Source: Promethearchaeia archaeon
GTDB taxonomy: Archaea > Asgardarchaeota > Lokiarchaeia > Sigyniarchaeales > SOKP01
Direction of reading: 5' to 3'
NCBI GenBank assembly: GCA_029856235.1
Contig: JAHQWP010000218.1
Coordinates: forward strand, 70 to 64,069
DNA: 64,000 nt
The translations under genes and the position numbers were made by a program. This document shows, piece after piece, positions 40,048 through 49,181 of this stretch. A model generated the notes under the pieces. That model made no database searches, was not told the DNA's origin, and worked only from the letters and a program-made list of their open reading frames with translations. Numbering within the stretch: the stretch's first letter is position 1; each line of letters opens with the position of its first letter.

Positions 40048-41739
40048 ATGTTTCTTCCAGAAATTAAAGGTTTGAATCCCGTAAAAGAACTTAGAGAAGA
40101 GGGGAAAATAAAGGAAGCCTTACATATTGTTTTAGAATTAGAACAAGGAGATGATCTTTCTCTTAAAGAATTACTCTCATATAAACTTGTTAAAGCTAAT
40201 CTATTACGTATTTCAGGAAACCACTTAGCCGCAATTGAAATTGCTAAAGAGATTTTTCAAGAATTTAAGAAACTAGGAGATTTAGTATCGTCATTTGACG
40301 CTTTACTCATTCAAGGTTATTCCTATATGATAACGGCCAATCTAACTCAAGGCGAAGATTTAATTAGGCAAGCAGAAAATTTATTTAAAATAATTAAAAC
40401 AAAATTTTCAATAGACCTAAGAGAAAGAGAATCTTTCTTGGTAAGGATACAGTCTATGTCTTACTTTTTTAAGGGAGATATTCTCACTTCTCTTGAATTG
40501 AATAAAAAAGCTTATGAACTAGCCAAAGACACAGGCAATAAAGCATTGATTTCTACGAGTCTTAATAATATTGCTGACAAATTTTATCATATGAAAGAAT
40601 ATGATAAAGCAATCATGTATGCTAAGCAAGCTGTTAAAGTTAATTATAGCCCATCATTGGCAGCTGCGTTATCTACTTTAATTGAAATTTATGTCAGTAA
40701 GGGAGATATTAAAGAAGCGAAAGTTTATCTTGATCAATTGCGTTATCATTCCAAGAAACTTGATTTTAAACGAAAAAAAAATACATATTACAGTTCAAAG
40801 GCTACGATATTAAAATCAAGTCTACGAGCAAGAGATCGTATCAAAGCGGAAGATATATTTAAAAAGTTAGCTATGGACAATACAATATTTAGTTATATAC
40901 GGATTGAAGCAATTATTGACTTATGTGATTTATATCTCACTGAACTTCGGATAACTAATGACCCTGAGGTAATAAACGATATACACCCATATATTCAAGA
41001 ATTGTTAAGTATTGCAGAAAAGCAACATTTATATTTATATTTAGCCGAAACTTACCTTTTGCAAGCAAAACTTTCATTATTAACTTTGGATATAAAGGAA
41101 GCTAAACGATTTTTAACTCAAGCTCAAAATATAGCAGAATCAAATGGGATAAAACGATTAGCAATGAAAATCTCATATGAGCATGATGAATTACTCAGAA
41201 AAACCAAAATGTGGGAGAATTTGAAAGTTTCTGAAGCGTCTTTATCTGAACGTTTGGAGCTTACTGGTTTGAACGAACAAATGGAAAATATGGTAAAAAG
41301 ACGAATGATTGAAGTTCCAGAGATATCAAAAGAAGACCCTGTTATGCTCTTAATCTTAACGGAGGGTGGTAATCTTTTGTTCTCTAAAAAATTTATAAAG
41401 GCTTTTTCTCTTGAGGATGATATATTAGGGGGCTTTCTAACTTCGATAAATTATTTTATTAGTGAGGTATTTTCAGAAGGTCTTGATAGGGCAGTTTTTG
41501 GTCAATACACTCTTCTTATGATGCCCATTCAACCATTTTTAGTTTGTTATATCTTTAAAGGGGACTCGTATTTTGCTCACCATAAGATTAAAAATTTCCT
41601 TGATTCCATACAGAATGATAGTGTTATTTGGCAATCTTTACAGAAATTTTTCCAAAAGAGTAAATCAGTTCAATTTGACAATATTCCGTCGCTTGAATCG
41701 TTGATAACAGAGATCTTTATTGAGAAAGAAAAATCTTAG
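40048..41739 (+). CDS. TPR-repeat protein with conserved C-terminal longin/roadblock-like alpha/beta domain (copy 1)
   Basis: 563 aa. TPR-like helical repeats (e.g. YHMKEYDKAIMYAKQAVKVN). C-terminal domain from ~nt 41335 (EDPVMLLILTEGGNLLFSKKF...DDILGGFLTSINYFISEVFSEGLDRAVFGQYTLLM). Confidence 0.75.
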   Translation: MFLPEIKGLNPVKELREEGKIKEALHIVLELEQGDDLSLKELLSYKLVKANLLRISGNHLAAIEIAKEIFQEFKKLGDLVSSFDALLIQGYSYMITANLTQGEDLIRQAENLFKIIKTKFSIDLRERESFLVRIQSMSYFFKGDILTSLELNKKAYELAKDTGNKALISTSLNNIADKFYHMKEYDKAIMYAKQAVKVNYSPSLAAALSTLIEIYVSKGDIKEAKVYLDQLRYHSKKLDFKRKKNTYYSSKATILKSSLRARDRIKAEDIFKKLAMDNTIFSYIRIEAIIDLCDLYLTELRITNDPEVINDIHPYIQELLSIAEKQHLYLYLAETYLLQAKLSLLTLDIKEAKRFLTQAQNIAESNGIKRLAMKISYEHDELLRKTKMWENLKVSEASLSERLELTGLNEQMENMVKRRMIEVPEISKEDPVMLLILTEGGNLLFSKKFIKAFSLEDDILGGFLTSINYFISEVFSEGLDRAVFGQYTLLMMPIQPFLVCYIFKGDSYFAHHKIKNFLDSIQNDSVIWQSLQKFFQKSKSVQFDNIPSLESLITEIFIEKEKS

Positions 41740-41914
41740 AATCATAAAATTCTTTTTTATGATACATTTATTGTATACCGTCTTTCTTGTATTGATTCGG
41801 TCCAAAGATACATGAAATTAATAAGCACTTTTTTACATTATATTTAAAACACAATTTAGCTTATATTAGTAATTATATACAAAAATGTCTTGATTTAAGA
41901 TGTTTATTGAGTAG

Positions 41915-43603
41915 ATGTTTCATCCTGAGATTAAAGGTTTGAATTCAGTAAGGCAACTTAGAGAAGAGGGGAAAATAAAGGAAGCCTTCCAAATTATTTT
42001 AGAATTAGAACAAGGAGACGATCTTTCTCTCAAAGAATTACTCTCATATAAACTTGTTAAAGCTAATCTATTAATTCAGTTAGGAAAATTTTTAGACGCA
42101 ATTGAACTTGCTAAGGAAATTTTTCAAGAATTTCAGAAACTAGGAGATTTAGTATCATCATTAGATGTTTTACTCATTCAAGCTTATACCCATATGATAA
42201 TGATAAATTTAAGTGAATGTGAAGATGTAATTAGGCAAACTGAAGATTTATTTAAAATAATTAAAGCAACATCTTCACTAGATCTAAGAGAAAGAGAATC
42301 TTTGTTTGAAAGGATAAAGGCTGGTATTCATTTTTTTAAGGGGGATATTCACACTTCTCTAGAATTGAATAAAAAAGCTTATGAACTTGCCAAAGACACT
42401 GGCAATAAAGCATTGATTTCTGCGAGTCTTAATAATATTGCTGACAAATTTTATCATATGAAAGAATATGATAACGCAATAAAATATGCAAAAGAAGCCT
42501 TTAAGATTAAAAATAATCGACACTTGGCAGTTGTGTTAGGTACCTTAATTGAAACTTATGTCAGTAAGGGAGATATTAAAGAAGCGAAAGTTTATCTTGA
42601 TCATTTGCGTTATCATTCCAAGAAAATTGATACCAAAAATTCTAAAACTTTTTATTATATTTCTAAGGCTACGATATTAAAATCAAGTCTACGAGCAAGA
42701 GACCGTATTAAAGCTGAAGAAATATTTAATAAGTTAGCTTTGGACGATACATTACTTAGTGAGCCACGGATTACAGCGATCATAAATTTATGTGATTTAT
42801 ACCTAACTGAACTTCGGATAACTAATGACCTTGAGATACTAAATGAGATACAACCATATATTCAAAAGTTGCTATATATTGCTGAAGATCAACATTTATA
42901 TTTATATTTAGCCGAAACTTATTTTTTGCAAGCCAAACTTTCATTATTAACTTTAGATATAAAGAAAGCTAAGCGATTTTTAACTCAGGCTCAAAAAATA
43001 GCAGAATCATATGGTATAAAACGATTGGCAATGAAAATTTCGTACGAACATGATGAATTACTCAGAAAAACCAAAATGTGGGAGAATTTGAAAACTTCTG
43101 ATGTTTCTTTATCTGAACGTTTGGAGCTTACTGGTTTGAACGAGCAAATGGAAAATATGATAAAAAGACGAATGATAGAAGTTCCAGAAATATCAAAAGA
43201 AGACCCTGTTATGCTCTTAATCTTAACGGAGGGTGGGAATCTTTTATTCTCTAAAAAATTTTTGACAGATTTTTCTTTTGAAGACGATATTTTAGGAGGT
43301 ATCTTGACCACCATAAATTTTATTATTAGTGAGATATTTTCTGAAGGGCTTGATAGAGCAGTTTTTGGTCAATATACGCTTCTTATGAAGCCTGCTCAAC
43401 CATTTTTAGCATGTTATATCTTTAAAGGACACTCGTATTTTGCTCACTATAAAATTAAAAATTTTATTGATTCCATACAGAATGATAGTGTTATTTGGCA
43501 ATCTTTACAGAATTTTTTCCAAAAGAGTAAATCAGTTCAATTAGACGATATTCCCTCGTTTGAATCATTGATTACAGAAATCTTTGTTGAAAAAAAAAAA
43601 TAG
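41915..43603 (+). CDS. TPR-repeat protein with conserved C-terminal longin/roadblock-like domain (copy 2)
   Basis: 562 aa, collinear near-duplicate of 40048..41739. C-terminal domain from ~nt 43199. Confidence 0.75.
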   Translation: MFHPEIKGLNSVRQLREEGKIKEAFQIILELEQGDDLSLKELLSYKLVKANLLIQLGKFLDAIELAKEIFQEFQKLGDLVSSLDVLLIQAYTHMIMINLSECEDVIRQTEDLFKIIKATSSLDLRERESLFERIKAGIHFFKGDIHTSLELNKKAYELAKDTGNKALISASLNNIADKFYHMKEYDNAIKYAKEAFKIKNNRHLAVVLGTLIETYVSKGDIKEAKVYLDHLRYHSKKIDTKNSKTFYYISKATILKSSLRARDRIKAEEIFNKLALDDTLLSEPRITAIINLCDLYLTELRITNDLEILNEIQPYIQKLLYIAEDQHLYLYLAETYFLQAKLSLLTLDIKKAKRFLTQAQKIAESYGIKRLAMKISYEHDELLRKTKMWENLKTSDVSLSERLELTGLNEQMENMIKRRMIEVPEISKEDPVMLLILTEGGNLLFSKKFLTDFSFEDDILGGILTTINFIISEIFSEGLDRAVFGQYTLLMKPAQPFLACYIFKGHSYFAHYKIKNFIDSIQNDSVIWQSLQNFFQKSKSVQLDDIPSFESLITEIFVEKKK

Positions 43604-43709
43604 AAGAATTGTATTATTCAATCACTCCAGCTCCCCAAAATTTTATATTAAACTAAAACTAATCTTACATTAAAAAAGAATTTTATTTTCATTAAGAAAT
43701 AGAAATCTA

Positions 43710-44264
43710 ATGAAGAACTCGGAGGAATTTCGATTTAAGATTGTAGTCGTTGGAGATGGAGCAGTAGGTAAAACATCCTTAATTAAGAAATTCACTAAGG
43801 GAACATTTGAAAAGGATTATGTAAAAACCATAGGAGCTCAATTATCAAAATATAGCAAAGAAATTAATGGAGACATGATTAGATTAATATTTTGGGATAT
43901 CGCCGGTCAAGCTGATTTCAATTTTCTCCATCACTTGTTTTATAAAGAAAGTAGAGCAGCTATCATAGTAATTAGCCTTGAGGAGAACGATTTAGGCAAG
44001 AACAGCTTCATGCATATAGAAAATTGGTATAATGAATTAAGAAAGTATTGTGGCGATATACAGGTTGTTTTATTCGCTAATAAAGTTGATTTAGTAGAGA
44101 ATGATAATATTAATAACATGAAAATTCAAGAACTTGTTCACAAATATAATTTCCTTGGAAGTTTCATTACATCTGCAAAAACGGGGGAGGGTGTAATAGA
44201 AGCATTTAACGCGATTATTGAGAAGTTATACAACAAATATAAACAACTTTCTACTCAAAAATGA
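43710..44264 (+). CDS. Rab/Ras-like small GTPase
   Basis: G1 GDGAVGKT, switch I YVKTIG, G3 WDIAGQ, G4 NKVD, G5 TSAKTG. 184 aa, no C-terminal Cys. Confidence 0.9.
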   Translation: MKNSEEFRFKIVVVGDGAVGKTSLIKKFTKGTFEKDYVKTIGAQLSKYSKEINGDMIRLIFWDIAGQADFNFLHHLFYKESRAAIIVISLEENDLGKNSFMHIENWYNELRKYCGDIQVVLFANKVDLVENDNINNMKIQELVHKYNFLGSFITSAKTGEGVIEAFNAIIEKLYNKYKQLSTQK

Positions 44265-44451
44265 CTCCACTAAAGTCAAAAATGTGGAGGACGATAATGA
44301 AACATTATTTCTCGATTATAGAGAATAATCATTCTTAATCCAGTCATTAATTTCTAATAGAATGTATTCTAATATAACTTATCATGAAAGCAATTGTATA
44401 TCAATCGATGTACAAAATCAAATATTGTAAAGTAAAGGATGTGTTAGAAAT

Positions 44452-44820
44452 ATGGAAGATGTGAAGATAATACTTTCATTCATATGGGTTGCTGTAATGT
44501 TAGTTTATTTGTTAGGCGACGTAATGCGAATTTTTGCTGGGGATTTTACACCAGGAGAAATAGAAGGTAAGCCAATGACTCAGAAAATGGTGTTTGGAAT
44601 GGCAATAATAATGCTAATTCCGATTGTTATGATTGTCCTATCCCTGATATTGGAGCATCCAGTAAATAGCGTCGTAAACATCATAGTAGCTATTTTCTGG
44701 ATTGTGTTTAATCTCGCTGGAATAAAGGGTTATAAAGCTTACGATAAATTCCTGCTCATTGTAAGCATGGGGTTTAATATACTTACCGTTTGGTTCGCAT
44801 GGACTCAATTTCTTGTTTAA
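44452..44820 (+). CDS. small membrane protein (4 TM)
   Basis: Hydrophobic profile only. Confidence 0.55.
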   Translation: MEDVKIILSFIWVAVMLVYLLGDVMRIFAGDFTPGEIEGKPMTQKMVFGMAIIMLIPIVMIVLSLILEHPVNSVVNIIVAIFWIVFNLAGIKGYKAYDKFLLIVSMGFNILTVWFAWTQFLV

Positions 44821-44827
44821 AAATTAA

Positions 44828-45787
44828 ATGGTGAAAAAAATGGAAAATAAAGAAAAAATGAAAGCTATGGTATATGAAAACTATGGGGGGCCGGAGGTTT
44901 TTCAGCTTAAAGAGGTAGACAAACCTACCCCCAAAGACAATGAAATACTTATAAAAGTATATGCAACAACAGTAAACGCTGCGGTAAAATTAGCTCGAAG
45001 TGGTTATCACCCAGATAAAAAAATATATACACTCGGCGTACGATTAATATTTGGTCTCCGAAAACCAAAAAGGCAAATACTAGGTTTTGAACTAGCCGGT
45101 GAAATTGAAGTTGTAGGCAAAGATGTCACACAATTTAAGAAAGGTGACCAAGTTTATGGGAGTACCACCGGGTTAAAAAATGGTGCTTATGCTGAGTACG
45201 TATGTCTACCAGAAGAATGGAAGGCAGGGATGGTAGCAATAAAACCAAACAATATGACCTATGAGGAAGCTGCTGCTGTTTCTACTGGGGCTAGCACAGC
45301 GTTGCATTATCTTAAAACGGCAAATATCCAGAGCGGCCAAAAAGTTCTTATCTATGGTGCTTCAGGATGTAATGGGACTTTTGCGGTACAGCTCGCTAAG
45401 TATTTTGGGGCAGAAGTTACCGGAGTATGCAGTACCGCGAACTTAGAATTGGTGAAATCTCTGGGAGCCGATAAGGTAATTGACTACACTAAAGAAGATT
45501 TCACAGAGAGCGGAGAGCTTTATGATATCATATTTGATGCCGTTGGAAAGGACTCGTTTTCAAATGGTAAGAAAGGCCTAGCTCCTGACGGGGTCTATGT
45601 GACAGTTTTAAAGGGAAGATATAGCGAAAAGAATGAAACTTTGATATTTCTTAGAGAAATTATTGAGGCCGGGAAGCTAAAATCGGCCATAGATAGAACT
45701 TATCCGTTGGAACAGATGGTCGACGCTCATACCTATGTCGATAAAGGACATAAAAAAGGGAATGTAGTAATAACTGTGGTAGAATAA
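44828..45787 (+). CDS. NAD(P)-dependent medium-chain dehydrogenase/reductase (quinone oxidoreductase-like)
   Basis: [15 protein letters not shown] opening, [30 protein letters not shown] Rossmann motif, C-terminal GHKKGNVVI. Confidence 0.85.
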   Translation: MVKKMENKEKMKAMVYENYGGPEVFQLKEVDKPTPKDNEILIKVYATTVNAAVKLARSGYHPDKKIYTLGVRLIFGLRKPKRQILGFELAGEIEVVGKDVTQFKKGDQVYGSTTGLKNGAYAEYVCLPEEWKAGMVAIKPNNMTYEEAAAVSTGASTALHYLKTANIQSGQKVLIYGASGCNGTFAVQLAKYFGAEVTGVCSTANLELVKSLGADKVIDYTKEDFTESGELYDIIFDAVGKDSFSNGKKGLAPDGVYVTVLKGRYSEKNETLIFLREIIEAGKLKSAIDRTYPLEQMVDAHTYVDKGHKKGNVVITVVE

Positions 45788-45962
45788 CAGTTCCAAGTTT
45801 CTCTTCACATTATAATCAATAGAACATATTTTTTTTACTCAATCCTTAAAAAGAAGCCACTTATGAGTTTTTTTCTAAATTTTTTTTGGTTACGCAATAT
45901 ACTGGTCCTTTTTCCATCGGAACACTAATGAAAAAAAAATTCAAAATTAAGCTTTTTACTAA

Positions 45963-46526
45963 TTAGGTAGGTTTTCGTTTCCAAATTTTAATAGATTCAA
46001 AAATAAATACAGAAGTGCAATAAATTATAAAAAACAGAAAAAGTAGGCTAGCTGGATTAGTAATAAATGCATCACCATAAATGGTCGCAAGATATGTATA
46101 TCCTATCACACCTAGAATATTAATAACTAAGTATAAAGAATATCGAGGAATCATAAGTGGTCCTATGCGAAAATAAAATCCTAACACACCCTTTTTTACA
46201 CCATCCTTCACATAATATTTACCATCTTCATCGTTTTTTGTAACAATCCCTGCTTTCAATAATTTATTTAATTGATAGGTAACAGTTCCAGGAGATACCA
46301 TTTTTAATGCCTTCTGAATCTCTCTTACTCCCGCGCGATGATGAGTTAAAATATACCAATACACTTGGAGAATCTTCCCTTGCAATACTTTTTCCCGATT
46401 GTCCTTTTTTTTTTGTTCTTGTACATCAGAATCTGACATTGCAAGTGAAGTTCTATTTTTTGATTTCGAGGATCTATAAGTTATTACAAGTCCTTCCTTT
46501 TTATACTTTCTCCCACTTGGTGTCAT
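45963..46526 (-). CDS. winged-helix (ArsR/MarR-like) protein with two C-terminal TM helices
   Basis: ILQVYWYILTHHRAGVREIQKALKMVSPGTVTYQLNKLLKAGIVTKNDEDGKYYV, then 2 hydrophobic segments. Confidence 0.6.
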   Translation of the reverse strand: MTPSGRKYKKEGLVITYRSSKSKNRTSLAMSDSDVQEQKKKDNREKVLQGKILQVYWYILTHHRAGVREIQKALKMVSPGTVTYQLNKLLKAGIVTKNDEDGKYYVKDGVKKGVLGFYFRIGPLMIPRYSLYLVINILGVIGYTYLATIYGDAFITNPASLLFLFFIIYCTSVFIFESIKIWKRKPT

Positions 46527-46622
46527 AAGAAATCCAAATCTTCTTGTAAGAAGTATTTCTTCTATTTTTTGAAATCTCTGAGCCCAAATTTAAACTTCTC
46601 GGGACATAAACAATAATTATTA

Positions 46623-46883
46623 TTAACCAATTGATTGTTTCCATCTTCTTAAGGCTCTCTTTTTTTTTATTAAATCTGATTCATCCTTAACTACAGGGGC
46701 TACGGTAATCTTTTCCTTCTGTTCTAGATTGACATCTTCTTTTAAGTAATATTTACCATCGTCATCATTCTTTGAAATAATCCCTGCCTTCACAAATTTA
46801 TTTTTTTGATAGGATGCAGCTCCAAGAGAAACCATTTTTAAGGTCTTTTGAATTTCCCTTACTTCCGCCCGATTATGTGTCAT
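46623..46883 (-). CDS. truncated paralogue of the wHTH protein (possible gene remnant), start overlaps stop of beta-helix gene
   Basis: MTHNRAEVREIQKTLKMVSLGAASYQKNKFVKAGIISKNDDDGKYYL matches residues ~60-105 of 45963..46526. It lacks the first helix and the TM tail. Confidence 0.35.
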   Translation of the reverse strand: MTHNRAEVREIQKTLKMVSLGAASYQKNKFVKAGIISKNDDDGKYYLKEDVNLEQKEKITVAPVVKDESDLIKKKRALRRWKQSIG

Positions 46884-48115
46884 AAGAAATCCAAATCCTC
46901 TTGAGGTTTTTTAAACATTTTACCATTTTTATATATCATAAAAACAGAAACTCCAACGATGCAGATACTTATAAAGAGAATAGTTGGCAGGTAATTTAAT
47001 GATGGCTTAAGTGTACAATCGTTATCTTGAATTACATTCCCTTGGCAATTTAATTCAACGATACATTCATCATTTCCTATTACATAATTTCCCGAAACGA
47101 TGTTATAATCGCTATCGGAAAGAATTATCCCCCACCGGTTGTAATTTGCGGTGTTTCCTGAAATAGTGTTATAATTGCTATAGAAAAGAACAATCCCACA
47201 TTCGGTATTATAAAATGCGGTGTTTCCCGAGATGATGTTATAATTACTATCTACTAAGCATATCCCACTCCAATTATTGTTATTTACTGTGTTTCTTAAG
47301 AAAGTGTTATTATAACTATATGCTATCCACATCCCATGCATGTTATTATCATTCATAATGTTTCCCGAAATGATGCTATTATTCCCAGCTAAATGTAAAC
47401 CATTCATATTATTATCATTCATAGTGTTTCCCGAAATGACAGTGTAATTACAGGCTAATATATATATCCCACACCATGTGTTGTTATTTGCAGTGTTTCC
47501 CGAGACTGTATTATTAAAACTATCAGATAAAAGTATCCCACCACGGTTGTTATTTACGATATTTCCAGATAATGTGTTGTTATAACAACTCCCACCACCC
47601 CAACCATCGCCAAATACTATCCCCAACTGACTATATGAACAATTATTACCAATCAATTGGGAGTTATTAACATTCAATAATCCGATTCCAGCTTCTGATC
47701 CCCATTCCGCATTATAGAGGGTACAATTTACGATTTTAAAATACACATTGGAATTTTCAATTAAAATAGAATTTCCCGAGCCTTCACCATCTATTTCTAA
47801 ATCTTCAATAATATAAGGATCAGAATAAGTACCATTCCCCGTACATATTCCACCTTCTTTAGCAACAGTCCAATTAATACTTGGATTGTCATCGTTAATA
47901 TGAATTTTTCCTGATACTGCTGGGATTTTTGGTTTTTCCTTGTCAGAATTAATAACATCGTTGTCATCAGTAATAAAACTTGGACTAATTGTAAACCCTA
48001 GTGCTAAAGCGAAAAGGATTCCAAAAGTGATTACTATTATTATTTCTATTTTTACTTTTGATTTCATTTTGGTTTCACCATTATAATATAAATTTGTTTT
48101 TGGATGTGATTTCAA
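46880..48115 (-). CDS. right-handed parallel beta-helix surface protein (short, 411 aa), C-terminal TM anchor
   Basis: The N-terminal region resembles the 802-aa paralogues (NPSINWTVAKEGGICTGNGTYSDPYIIEDLEIDG...VYFKIVNC). Repeats of (I/V)SGNT(A/M)N(N/D)N. TM at LPTILFISICIVGVSVFMI. Confidence 0.8.
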   Translation of the reverse strand: MKSHPKTNLYYNGETKMKSKVKIEIIIVITFGILFALALGFTISPSFITDDNDVINSDKEKPKIPAVSGKIHINDDNPSINWTVAKEGGICTGNGTYSDPYIIEDLEIDGEGSGNSILIENSNVYFKIVNCTLYNAEWGSEAGIGLLNVNNSQLIGNNCSYSQLGIVFGDGWGGGSCYNNTLSGNIVNNNRGGILLSDSFNNTVSGNTANNNTWCGIYILACNYTVISGNTMNDNNMNGLHLAGNNSIISGNIMNDNNMHGMWIAYSYNNTFLRNTVNNNNWSGICLVDSNYNIISGNTAFYNTECGIVLFYSNYNTISGNTANYNRWGIILSDSDYNIVSGNYVIGNDECIVELNCQGNVIQDNDCTLKPSLNYLPTILFISICIVGVSVFMIYKNGKMFKKPQEDLDFL

Positions 48116-48189
48116 AATTGTTTTTTTTTTATTATTGTATAAAATTTCTTATGTTACAATTATGTCATCTATTTAATAATACTATTTTC

Positions 48190-48216
48190 TGTACACCCTG
48201 TACAGAGATTTGTACA
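48190..48216. promoter_or_regulatory. three TGTACA palindromes upstream of the beta-helix/wHTH operon (candidate operator)
   Basis: TGTACA at 48190-48195, 48199-48204 and 48211-48216, about 75-100 nt upstream of the ATG at 48115. Confidence 0.3.
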
Positions 48217-48312
48217 CTTCAACATTAAATTATAATTTTTATTAAAAGGGTGTGTTTTTAAACAGAGAAAGTTGAATTCCTTTTATTCCACTAAATCTAT
48301 ACTATAATTTTA

Positions 48313-48372
48313 TGTACGATCGTCGTATCTTCCTTGATTCTGTCAAGAACGATCTGAGTTTAATCTTCTTCC
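48313..48372 (-). pseudogene. orphan fragment of Lrp/AsnC 3' end (copy A, with in-frame stop)
   Basis: Aligns to 51848-51907. It translates as EED*TQIVLDRIKEDTTIV versus EEVKTQIVLDRIKEDTTII in the intact gene. Confidence 0.4.
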
Positions 48373-48419
48373 AAATGAACTTGAATCCCTTTTTAAACTA
48401 TATAATTTGAATTAAAGCA

Positions 48420-48827
48420 TTAAAGTTTATTCCAATCATATATATTGAGATCATCAATTCTCTCAAAATGTTTTATATTTCCGGAGTAAAGGGATTCTTG
48501 ATGCACAATACAAATACTAGCAATTAATTCATCCATAATACCAATAGGATGTCCCCTAATTTGGAGATCTGAAGAAAGTTTGGCAAACTCTTCTGCAGAA
48601 TCATTCTCAAATAAAAAAATATCATCTAACGCATCAATTATTAACTTAACCTTCATTAATCCTTTAGCAACATTTTTCATGGAATAGCAACCTTTGTACA
48701 ATTCAGCTACATTGAAAATCGTCGTGTTCAAAGACTCCTCTTTTTTTTTTAGATTCTTCATTTTTATATAACTATCATTCTTTCCTCTGAGATAATATAT
48801 TAAAACATCTGTATCTAATACTACCAT
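48420..48827 (-). CDS. vapC: PIN-domain toxin VapC
   Basis: MVVLDTDVLIYYL opening with conserved acidic residues. 135 aa. 11 nt downstream of the antitoxin gene. Confidence 0.85.
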   Translation of the reverse strand: MVVLDTDVLIYYLRGKNDSYIKMKNLKKKEESLNTTIFNVAELYKGCYSMKNVAKGLMKVKLIIDALDDIFLFENDSAEEFAKLSSDLQIRGHPIGIMDELIASICIVHQESLYSGNIKHFERIDDLNIYDWNKL

Positions 48828-48838
48828 TTTAATTCTCC

Positions 48839-49063
48839 TCAGATTCTAGCTGGTCTTCTTCGTTCTTGATATATCTCTTCAATGATTGTGTCCCATTCAT
48901 CATCTTCTTTAAATGCTCCAGCTAAGTCTTCTAATATTTTTTTTCTTGACTTAGTTTTTTTTAATAATCTGCTAATGAGATCTGCAAAGGATTCTCCCTT
49001 TCGCTTTTCTTTTCGCAGTTTTTCGTATGTTTCAGGAGGTAAAGAAATAGTTTTATTTGCCAT
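48839..49063 (-). CDS. vapB: VapB-type antitoxin (archaeal short helical antitoxin)
   Basis: Likely start at ATG 49063 (MANKTISLPPETYEKLRKEKRKGESFADLISRLL); the ORF track extends to 49111. Confidence 0.7.
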   Translation of the reverse strand: MANKTISLPPETYEKLRKEKRKGESFADLISRLLKKTKSRKKILEDLAGAFKEDDEWDTIIEEIYQERRRPARI

Positions 49064-49181
49064 AATAGAATTATAGTTATAAATTATATATATTATTTTG
49101 TGTAAAGTCATAAAAAATTCAAAATTTCGTTATAAATTAAATTTTAAATTCTTTAATAAAAAAGAAATATTAGTATAATAA

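Larger units (their letters stand above)
39975..43603 (+). repeat. tandem duplication (unit ~1.87 kb) of TPR-longin-like gene including upstream leader
   Basis: 39975-41739 aligns with 41842-43603. The upstream atttaaaacacaattta[g/c]tttatattagtaa... is shared. Confidence 0.85.

Noticed and set aside
44267-44291. Hairpin CTCCAC-n13-GTGGAG immediately after the GTPase stop codon
   Set aside because: A 6-bp stem with a large loop and no following oligo-T. Archaeal termination does not need hairpins, so the support is insufficient.
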